Shown: positions 57,201 through 64,000 of the stretch, one piece after another
Layout: each line of letters begins with the position of its first letter
Numbering within the stretch: position 1 is the first letter of the stretch
DNA from: Pirellulales bacterium
Lineage (GTDB): Bacteria > Planctomycetota > Planctomycetia > Pirellulales > JAICIG01
NCBI GenBank assembly: GCA_040901675.1
Contig: JBBDYJ010000010.1
Location: 76,211-140,210 of the forward strand
Direction: 5' to 3'
Length of the DNA stretch: 64,000 nt
The notes under the pieces: generated by a model
The model's database searches: none
What the model was told of the DNA's origin: nothing
The model's input: only the letters and a program-made list of their open reading frames with translations
Translations under genes and position numbers: made by a program

Positions 57201-57818
57201 CTTGTCGCGGATGTCCTGGTGCACGTGCTGCAGGCCGTCGTCGACAATTGCTATGACCACGCCCTCGCCTAAGACCTTGTCCCAAGCGGGCACCACGTTG
57301 GCATCCTGGCCGTTTAGACCGCCGGTCTGGCCCGTGTTCTCCAGGTGCCACTGAAAGCTGAAGTAGGGGTCGTTTGGAATGAACAGCTTTTCCACGTCGT
57401 GCCGCACCAGCGGATAGTAGAACGCCTGGTGAGTAAGCCCTTCCAGTTGGGCGGCCACAAACTGCCACGGCGCATCGAACTCGAGCACCAGGCTGTTGGG
57501 CAGGCCGACCGTTCCCACGAACCGCGCATTCAACTGCGAGGCAAGAGCCGCCGGATCGGGCATCTGCCCTTCGTCAAAAGAAATCAGCCACCGGTCGACA
57601 GCAGCCAATTGTGCCGCCGAGTACGAGCTCAAGTCGGTGGCGCTGGCGAGCGAATGCGCCAAAACGTCGCTGATGGGGCTGACCGACAATAAGGTCCGTT
57701 GCTCGAGCGATTCCATCCCTAGCGCGCGGCCCCTGGCCAAGGACCTATCGGCCGAACGGCGGCCTGCAGCGGTGCGGCGCGCGCGGGATCGTTGACGTAC
57801 TAGTTGGCGAAACACCAT
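54207..57818 (-). CDS. Kexin/furin-like S8 serine protease with P domain, Ig/cadherin-like repeats and DUF4214-like C-terminal repeats
   Basis: Triad IVDDG / NHGTAVAG / FSGTSSATP, oxyanion FAAGN and P domain H..IGDL...LTSPDGT...GE...GTWTL. Three IDVLAND-type repeats. Y...L.R..D......W repeats. Planctomycete leader MESLEQRTLLS. Confidence 0.9.
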   Translation of the reverse strand: MVFRQLVRQRSRARRTAAGRRSADRSLARGRALGMESLEQRTLLSVSPISDVLAHSLASATDLSSYSAAQLAAVDRWLISFDEGQMPDPAALASQLNARFVGTVGLPNSLVLEFDAPWQFVAAQLEGLTHQAFYYPLVRHDVEKLFIPNDPYFSFQWHLENTGQTGGLNGQDANVVPAWDKVLGEGVVIAIVDDGLQHVHQDIRDKYRADLSFDFNEGDADPSPVFASDNHGTAVAGVAAAHGNNGTGLTGSAPLAQIAGLRLIGEQPTDFDIAAALTHRDQEIHIYNNSWGFGRGTQVAPIDIGPPVAFALENGATFGRGGLGSIFLFAAGNSNEVFDNTNYSGLTKSRFVITVAGIDDNGAQALYSTPGASILISAYTWSGDDPDSITTTDRIGAQGYNFLAGAADGDVFPDLDYTSTFSGTSSATPLAAGVVALMLDMNPDLTYRDVMNILAETAVKSDPFDADWETNGAGFHVNHKYGFGAVNANDAVDLAAVWSPVLPETSFSTPTINVSRPIPEGFVGAKSTAQLDTDITLEWVEVVLNVTHGNIGDLRVQLTSPDGTTSVLADTRNDATDNYNNWVFSTTHSWGESSAGTWTLEVADLRTGEVGTFNSWSMNFYGVTTHPPRTGNDSVLTNENTPVIIDVLANDVDPDGSLDPASVIIGTPPANGAVSVDPVTGRITYTPDPGFNGVDTFTYLVRDNEGAPSRFTPVTVDVSGVNDPPVAEDDLAFTPLGTAVEIDVLANDSDPDDSLNPSSVTIVSGPSHGSVAVNLATGAVTYTPGPTFTLSDSFTYTVADTFGSVSNIATVTVEKTNDAPLAENDGFSVNKNTTTLLDVLANDADSDGTIDVTTVVVVDLPANGTATVDPITGQVSYKPNVNFVGSDAFTYAVRDNRGALSNTALVSISVLDAGPPVATSNEFALAPGFNSLQASVLGPSDAGLTARLVNPPLHGSLVLSPSGTFMFTRGASFAGLDRFTFVLNDGDEDSNVATIRLVSTDFSFVRKLYRDVLNRGASDSEILGWVAAINAGASRDAVALTILGSAEYRTIVINELYMQFLGRSADFGALDHWQAQMRAGLTTEMVAATILSSDEYFARNGFSNTGMVNGFYRDLVGRTGSSSEVSNWTLAMARGASRFDVAMGFLNSTEHRGRLITEWYVDFLGHGPDSSGMNFWLFRWGTGSSREQVQAGILASGEYFGRL

Positions 57819-58235
57819 GGACTATGCCTTGTTAGAAAAGCTACCAGAGCTGGCGGGACTGGAAAGATTGGATCGAAAACGCGGGAACGCACCGGGAGTC
57901 AAGGAGGTAAAGTCTTATGCCCGGCGCACGGGATTACCACCCCCCTAACTGACCCACTCTGGCAGACTAACCCAAAGCAACATCGGCCGCAACGGTTTTT
58001 CCGCGCCCCAATTTAAATCAGAACTTGGCCGCCCGCCCGGCGCTCGGGGGGAAAGAGCCCGGGGGCAACCCGCCCAGGGCTTTCCGGCATGCCTCGTGCC
58101 CGCGGTCGCCCACCATTGCCCAGCCTGAAGGGGGCGGCCCATCCAAGCGATTGTCCCTACCCCGTCAAAGACCTATACTTGCCACGTGCGTTGGTAAGCC
58201 CCCACTAAACATCTCCCGTCCGCCTGGCGACCGCG

Positions 58236-59276
58236 ATGTCCACGCCCCGTCGCTTTCTCCCGTTGGGCGAAGCCCAGGCGCCTTTCTTTGTCGGCGTGGA
58301 TCTGGGAGGCACCAGTATCAAGGCCGGCGTGGTGGACGATCTGGGCCGCCCCCTCTCCTGGCACCAGGTTGCCACCGAAGCCCAACTCGGACCGGAAGAA
58401 GGGACGCGACGGATGGCCGAGGCGGCCCTGCAGGCCATCGACCAGGCGGGGCTGACGCCGCGCGACATCGCCCACCTGGGGCTGGGAACGCCGGGCACGA
58501 TGGATATTCCCTCCGGCATGCTGCTCGATCCGCCCAACCTTCCGGGCTGGACCAACTTTCCGGTCCGCGATACGCTCAGCCGGCACGTGGGCTTGCCGGT
58601 GACCTTCGCCAACGATGCGGGGGCGGCGGCCTACGGGGAGTTTTGGGTGGGGAGCGGCCGGCAGTTGTCCAGCATGGTTCTGTTCACGCTGGGCACGGGA
58701 ATCGGCTGCGGCATCATCATCGGCGACCTGTCGATCGATGGCGAGCATAGCCATGGCTCGGAATGCGGCCATATCATCATCGACTACCAGGACGACGCCC
58801 GGATATGCTCCTGCGGCCAAAGGGGTCACCTGGAGGCGTACGCCAGTGCGGTGGCCCTCGTCAAACGGACCCAGGAATCGCTGGACGAGGGGCGGAAGAG
58901 TTCCTTGGCGGCGCGGCTGGAGGCGGGGGAGGCGCTGAGCCCATTGATGGTTGGCGAGGAGGCCGAGGCGGGTGACCACCTGGCATTGGAGATTGTTCTG
59001 GATACGGCCCGGTTCCTGGGGGTGGGGGTGGTGAGCGTGATGCACACGATCGACCCCAGTGGGGTGGTGCTGGGCGGCGCCATGACGTTCGGCGGTCGCG
59101 ATGCGCCGCTGGGCCGGCGGTTTCTGGAGAGGGTGCGGTCGGAGGTGCATCGCCGGGCGTTTCCGGTTCCGGCCGAGCGGACGACGATCGACTACGCCCT
59201 GCTGGGGGCGGACGCGGGTTTCATCGGCGCCGCGGGTTTGTCGCGATTGGACCACCGCAGGCGGCAGGCGGTCTGA
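58236..59276 (+). CDS. ROK-family sugar kinase (glucokinase-like)
   Basis: GVDLGGT, NDA.AAAYGE, TLGTGIG, ECGH and CSCGQRGHLEAYAS. Confidence 0.92.
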   Translation: MSTPRRFLPLGEAQAPFFVGVDLGGTSIKAGVVDDLGRPLSWHQVATEAQLGPEEGTRRMAEAALQAIDQAGLTPRDIAHLGLGTPGTMDIPSGMLLDPPNLPGWTNFPVRDTLSRHVGLPVTFANDAGAAAYGEFWVGSGRQLSSMVLFTLGTGIGCGIIIGDLSIDGEHSHGSECGHIIIDYQDDARICSCGQRGHLEAYASAVALVKRTQESLDEGRKSSLAARLEAGEALSPLMVGEEAEAGDHLALEIVLDTARFLGVGVVSVMHTIDPSGVVLGGAMTFGGRDAPLGRRFLERVRSEVHRRAFPVPAERTTIDYALLGADAGFIGAAGLSRLDHRRRQAV

Positions 59277-59284
59277 AGCAGCGC

Positions 59285-61078
59285 ATGAACATCCGCAACT
59301 TCTGCATTATCGCCCACATCGACCATGGCAAGAGCACCTTGGCCGACCGGCTGATCGAAAAGACGGGCACGGTCAGCCGCCGCGAGCTGCGCGAGCAGTT
59401 GCTCGACGACATGGAGCTGGAGCGGTCGCGCGGGATCACGATCAAGGCGCGTGCCGTGTCGATGCGCTACGCGCTGGAGGGCGTGCCCTACGAGCTGAAC
59501 CTGATCGATACGCCCGGCCACGTCGACTTTCACTACGAGGTTTCGCGGAGCCTGGCTTGCTGCGAGGGCGCCTTGCTGCTGGTCGACGCGTTCCAGGGGG
59601 TGGAGGCGCAGACGATGGCCAACGCTTTTGCCGCCATGGCCAGCAACCTGACCATCGTGCCCGTGCTGAACAAGATCGACCTGGCGCACGCCCGGCCTGA
59701 GCAAGTGATGGAAGAGATGGAGTCGAGCCTGGGCATCGACCCGGCCGACGTGCTGCCGGTGAGCGCCAAGAGCGGCCTGGGAGTCGATGCGCTGCTGGAG
59801 GCGATCGTGCGGCGGGTCCCGCCGCCCCGGGGCGATCGGCAGGCACCCTTGCAGGCCATGGTCTTCGACTCGCATTACGACGAGTTCCGCGGCGCCATCA
59901 CCTATGTGCGGTTGATGAACGGCACGGTCCGGCGCGGCCAGCGGATCAAGTTCGTGAAGACGGGTTCGGTGCACGAGGTGCTGGAGCTGGGCCAGTTCGC
60001 CCCGCAGCGCCGGGCCTGCGACGAGCTGATCGCCGGGCAGGTGGGCTACCTGATCTGCAACATCAAGACACTCGACCAGGTGCACGTAGGCGACACGGTG
60101 AGCGTGCCGGGCGACCACGCGGCGGCGGCGCTGCCCGGTTACCAGGAACCCAAGCGGATGGTGTTTTGCGGGCTCTATCCCTCGGACGGCGAGAACTTCG
60201 AGGAACTGCGCGAGGCGCTGACCCGCCTGAGCATCAACGACCCGAGCTTCGAGTTCGAGCCGGAAACCAGCGACGCCTTGGGCTTTGGGTTCCGCTGCGG
60301 GTTCCTGGGCCTGTTGCACATGGAGATCATTCAACAGCGGCTGGAGCAAGAGGCCGACTTGGACCTGGTTCAGACTGCGCCCAACGTCACCTACGAGATC
60401 GTGACGACGCAAGGCGAGACGCTGCGGATCTACAACCCGCAAAAGGTGCCCGACGCGGGTCAGATTGCCGAGTTCCGCCAGCCGATCGTGAAGGTCAGCT
60501 TCGTGCTGCCCAGCGAGGTGATGGGACCCGTGATGCAATTGTGCGAGGACCGCCGCGGGCAGTACGTGCGGACCGAGTACCTCTCTCCCAGCCGGGCCAT
60601 GCTGGTCTACAACCTGCCGCTGGCCGAGGTGATCTACGACCTGCACGACAAGCTCAAGAGCTGCACCCGCGGATATGGCACGATGGATTACGAGCTGGTC
60701 GGCTACTTCCCCGCCGAGCTGGTGCGGCTCGATATTCTGGTGGGCAGCAAGCGCGTCGACGCGCTTTCGGTGATCTGCGACCGGGCCGACGCCGACCGCC
60801 GCGGCCGGGCCATCGTCAAAAAACTCCGCGGCGAAATCGACCGCCACATGTTCGAGGTCGCCATCCAGGCGGCCGTCGGCAACCGGATCATCGCCCGCGA
60901 GACGATCTCCGCCCTGCGCAAGAACGTCACCGCCAAGTGCTACGGCGGCGACATCACCCGCAAGCGAAAACTGTGGGCCAAGCAGCGCGAAGGCAAGAAG
61001 CGGATGAAGTCGGTCGGCAACGTCGATATCCCGCAGAAGGCTTTCCTGGCCGTCCTGGAAACCGGCGGCGAAAAGTAA
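59285..61078 (+). CDS. lepA: Translation elongation factor 4
   Basis: IRNFCIIAHIDHGKSTLADRL, DTPGHVDF, NKID, GFRCGFLGLLH and KCYGGDITRKRKL. Confidence 0.97.
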   Translation: MNIRNFCIIAHIDHGKSTLADRLIEKTGTVSRRELREQLLDDMELERSRGITIKARAVSMRYALEGVPYELNLIDTPGHVDFHYEVSRSLACCEGALLLVDAFQGVEAQTMANAFAAMASNLTIVPVLNKIDLAHARPEQVMEEMESSLGIDPADVLPVSAKSGLGVDALLEAIVRRVPPPRGDRQAPLQAMVFDSHYDEFRGAITYVRLMNGTVRRGQRIKFVKTGSVHEVLELGQFAPQRRACDELIAGQVGYLICNIKTLDQVHVGDTVSVPGDHAAAALPGYQEPKRMVFCGLYPSDGENFEELREALTRLSINDPSFEFEPETSDALGFGFRCGFLGLLHMEIIQQRLEQEADLDLVQTAPNVTYEIVTTQGETLRIYNPQKVPDAGQIAEFRQPIVKVSFVLPSEVMGPVMQLCEDRRGQYVRTEYLSPSRAMLVYNLPLAEVIYDLHDKLKSCTRGYGTMDYELVGYFPAELVRLDILVGSKRVDALSVICDRADADRRGRAIVKKLRGEIDRHMFEVAIQAAVGNRIIARETISALRKNVTAKCYGGDITRKRKLWAKQREGKKRMKSVGNVDIPQKAFLAVLETGGEK

Positions 61079-61089
61079 GCCAGGCCCCC

Positions 61090-62565
61090 ATGAAGTTCCG
61101 CTTCGCGCCGCTGGAGGATTTTAAACGGGCCGACCTGCCGGCGGCCCCCCGCTCGTTCTGGAAACTGGCCGGCCCGGGCGCGGTACTGGTCGGGCTGTCG
61201 ATCGGCGCCGGCGAGATCATCATCTGGCCCCGGACCGTGGCCCAGTACGGCGGCGGAGTGATTTGGGCCGCCGTGCTGGGCGTGTTCCTGCAGATGTGGA
61301 TCAACTTCGAGATCGGCCGCTGGACCATCGTCACGGGCGAAACGGTCTACACCGGATACTCGCGGGTCTGGCGGGGCTTCGGACCGTTGTTTCTCATCCT
61401 GACGGTGCTGGGCTGGCTGGCGCCGGCTTGGGCCCAGGCCTCGGGCAGCGCGCTGAAAGCACTGCTGGTCGGGCCCCAGTTCGGCCAGGGCACCTTTTGG
61501 GGCTCGAACACCTGTTGGACCACGCTCACCTTCCTGGCGGTGGGCCTGGTCTTGTTTGGACCGAAAATCGCCTACCGCTCGGTGGAAAAGACCATCGAAT
61601 TGCTGGTGATCATCGTCACGGTGGGGCTGATCATGGTGGCCTTCGCGGTCGGCACGGCCGACACCTGGGCCGAGCTTGGCCGGGGGATGGTCAACGTGGG
61701 CTACCGGCCGCCGGAGATGTCGATCCGTCACCTGTTCATCGCCATCGTGTTCGCGGGCGCCGGCGGAACCGCCAACCTGTTTTACACGTTCTATCTCAGG
61801 GACAAGGACATCGGCATGGGGGCTCGCATCCCAAACATCGAGAATCCCCTGCGCGGCCGCACGGAAACCATTCCCTCGACGGGGTACCTGTATGCCGACA
61901 CGGCCGAGAACCGGGCCCGCTTCCGAGGCTGGTGGAGCTACGTCAAGAAGGACCAGGTCCTCTTCTTCTGGTTCCTGAACACCGTGACGCTCTTATTGTT
62001 CATCTTCGGCGCCTTGGCGGTCTTGCATCCCCAGCGCATCGTGCCCGCGGAGGGAACGCTCATTTGGGACCAGTCGCAAATCCTCGGCGACGTATGGGGT
62101 CGATGGGGCGAGGGCTGGGGGCGGTTGGGCCGAAACGTCTTCCTGCTCGTGGGAGTGGCCACGCTGTTCAGCACGCAACTGGCCGTGGTCGACGGCGTTT
62201 CCCGTTCGATCTCCGATATCGTCTACACCAACTTCAAAGCGGCGCAGCGCCGCCAATTGAGCTGGTGGTACGCGGTCGTGGCGATCGTCTGGATCGCCGC
62301 CGGCTGCCTGATCACATTCGTCCTCGAGCGGATGCAACTCCAGAGCCAGCAGTTGGGCGTCTTGTTGAACGCGGCCTACATGGGAGGCTTTGCCATGGCG
62401 ATTTATGTCCCGCTGACGCTGTTGATCAATCTGCGCTACCTGCCGCGAAGCGCCCGCCCCAGCCTGGTTTGCATCGGCATGATGCTGCTGGCCACGCTGT
62501 TCTACGGCGGCTTCGCCGTGGCCTGCCTGACCTGGGAAATTCGCGAGCTTTGGCCGTCGTCTTGA
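61090..62565 (+). CDS. Nramp/APC-superfamily membrane transporter
   Basis: GPG......IGAGE...WP....YG, EIGRWTIVTGE and multiple TM segments. Confidence 0.8.
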   Translation: MKFRFAPLEDFKRADLPAAPRSFWKLAGPGAVLVGLSIGAGEIIIWPRTVAQYGGGVIWAAVLGVFLQMWINFEIGRWTIVTGETVYTGYSRVWRGFGPLFLILTVLGWLAPAWAQASGSALKALLVGPQFGQGTFWGSNTCWTTLTFLAVGLVLFGPKIAYRSVEKTIELLVIIVTVGLIMVAFAVGTADTWAELGRGMVNVGYRPPEMSIRHLFIAIVFAGAGGTANLFYTFYLRDKDIGMGARIPNIENPLRGRTETIPSTGYLYADTAENRARFRGWWSYVKKDQVLFFWFLNTVTLLLFIFGALAVLHPQRIVPAEGTLIWDQSQILGDVWGRWGEGWGRLGRNVFLLVGVATLFSTQLAVVDGVSRSISDIVYTNFKAAQRRQLSWWYAVVAIVWIAAGCLITFVLERMQLQSQQLGVLLNAAYMGGFAMAIYVPLTLLINLRYLPRSARPSLVCIGMMLLATLFYGGFAVACLTWEIRELWPSS

Positions 62566-62618
62566 GCGCCGGGCCGCTTCTGGACGCCATCGCGGCTAGC
62601 TGTTAACGTTGGTTCAGC

Positions 62619-63485
62619 ATGGTTGCCACCATCCAATACATCGAAGGCGTGATCGCCACGTATCAGCAGGCGACCGAGGCCAACGAGCAGACTGCCTGCC
62701 GGCAGGGCAACGTGATCGTGATCACGCCCGACGAGGCGGACGAAGTGATGATCACGGCCGACCTGCACGGTCATCGTCGGAACTTCAACTCGATCAAGAA
62801 GATCGCCGAGCTGGAAAACCATCCGCGGCGGCACCTGGTGCTGCAAGAGGTCTGCCATGGCGGGCCGATCTATCCGGCCAATGGCGGCTGCATGTCGCAC
62901 ACGATGCTGGAGGACGTAGCCCGCCTGAAGGCCGCTTTTCCAGAGCGCGTCCACTTTCTGTTGAGCAACCACGAGCTGGCCGAGCTGACCGACTATCCGA
63001 TCATCAAGTCGAAGAAAATGCTCAACTTGATGTTCCGGCTCGGTCTGCAGGAAATGTACGGGGCGGCCGCCGAGAAGGTCCGCGAGGCTTACACGGCCTT
63101 CCTTCGCAGTTGTCCGCTGGCCGTGCGGCTTCCCGGCGGCGTCTTCGTTTGTCACAGCCTCCCCGAGCGGATGGAAACCCGCAACTTCGACCGCGGCATT
63201 TTCGAGCGGCCGCTCGACGCGGTTGACTTGCTGGAGCACGGCGACGTCTTCGACCTGGTCTGGGGCCGCGATTACCGGCCGGAAAACGCCCACGCCTTTG
63301 CCAAGCTGGTGTCGGCCAAGGTGCTGATCCATGGACATGAGCCGTGCCCGGACGGCTTCAGCGTGCCCAACGACACCCAGATCATCCTGGATTGCTGCTC
63401 CGAGCCGGCCTGCTACGTGATTCTTCCAACCGCCGGGGAGTTGAGCCAGGCGGAGATCGTCGAGCGGATCCAGAAGCTTCCATGA
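62619..63485 (+). CDS. Calcineurin-like metallophosphoesterase (divergent motifs)
   Basis: ADLHGH, SNHE, CHS, LVWGRD and IHGHEP. Confidence 0.8.
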   Translation: MVATIQYIEGVIATYQQATEANEQTACRQGNVIVITPDEADEVMITADLHGHRRNFNSIKKIAELENHPRRHLVLQEVCHGGPIYPANGGCMSHTMLEDVARLKAAFPERVHFLLSNHELAELTDYPIIKSKKMLNLMFRLGLQEMYGAAAEKVREAYTAFLRSCPLAVRLPGGVFVCHSLPERMETRNFDRGIFERPLDAVDLLEHGDVFDLVWGRDYRPENAHAFAKLVSAKVLIHGHEPCPDGFSVPNDTQIILDCCSEPACYVILPTAGELSQAEIVERIQKLP

Positions 63486-63529
63486 TCGCTCCCATCGGCC
63501 GCAATCGTTTGGCGTCTAGCAGAGGCGAG

Positions 63530-63859
63530 ATGGAACCGTCCAGCCCCGGTAGTCCACCGCGCGGGAGCGGCAAGAGTCGGGGCGGGTGGCGTCCGCAGTT
63601 CGGCCTGTTCGGCCTGCTGGCCACCATGGCCCTGCTGTCGGTGCCTTTTGCCGTCTGGGGCGGGCTGCTGCGTGAAGGGGCCAAGCCGGAGGAAAGCCCC
63701 CGTCTGATGTTTTTCGTGGTGATGGCCATTGCCTCGCCCATGCTGGTCATGATCGCGGTCAGCGCCGTCAAACCGATCCGTCGCTGGTGGCGGAACCGAA
63801 GGCAGAAGGAGGAAGAGGAAAGGCAGAAGGCGGAAGGCAGAAGGCAGAAGGACGAGTAA
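63530..63859 (+). CDS. Small two-TM membrane protein with WRPQF.L..LL motif; C-terminus runs into a heptamer repeat
   Basis: GAGG RBS, two hydrophobic segments; (gaaggca)n at about 63797-63851. Confidence 0.55.
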   Translation: MEPSSPGSPPRGSGKSRGGWRPQFGLFGLLATMALLSVPFAVWGGLLREGAKPEESPRLMFFVVMAIASPMLVMIAVSAVKPIRRWWRNRRQKEEEERQKAEGRRQKDE

Positions 63860-64000
63860 GACACGGGGAGCGGCACGCCGCCCTTCATACAACTCTTTTC
63901 TTTACTTGCCACCTATCCCTTCCTGCCTGGTTCGAGCCGGTTATCCCCGATCCCTGGCTCCCTCCTGGCCGTCGTTCCCACCGGACCCGGCGATACCACC

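Noticed and set aside
60166..61089. N-terminal extension of the 799-aa ORF
   Set aside because: It overlaps lepA out of frame. The transporter begins at ATG 61090.

Overview
A GC-rich chromosomal segment that looks like a planctomycete (Pirellulales-like). The evidence is the 'LESLEQRTLLS'-type export signal on the large protease, small membrane proteins with NPYxAP and RxQF motifs, and many short intergenic palindromes. Most of the window is core and housekeeping genes: ffh-rpsP-trmD-rplS, apt, bioF, smpB, lipA, lepA and a ROK kinase. It also carries many transporters (3 MFS, 2 SLC13/DASS, MMPL, Nramp-like, ABC ATPase), two VWA proteins, an ECF sigma / anti-sigma / PDZ locus, two signalling proteins, an NHLRC2-like thioredoxin-NHL protein and a kexin-like S8 protease. 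I found no rRNA, tRNA, CRISPR array or intact transposase/integrase. The most notable observations are: (1) a lipB-like / lipA / lipoyl-domain cluster in which LipA is intact, but the LipB homologue lacks both catalytic residues and the lipoyl domain has no lysine at all; (2) a solitary, lower-GC integron-type cassette with a near-canonical attC site and an attI-like left junction but no intI; (3) a Panacea (DUF4065) antitoxin followed by a RelE-like ORF split by a 1-nt frameshift; (4) a second decayed toxin-antitoxin pair with a 12-codon PIN toxin stub joined head-on to an LRR gene remnant; (5) an smpB gene whose best-placed start is ACG. All product calls come from motif recognition by eye; no database searches were run.
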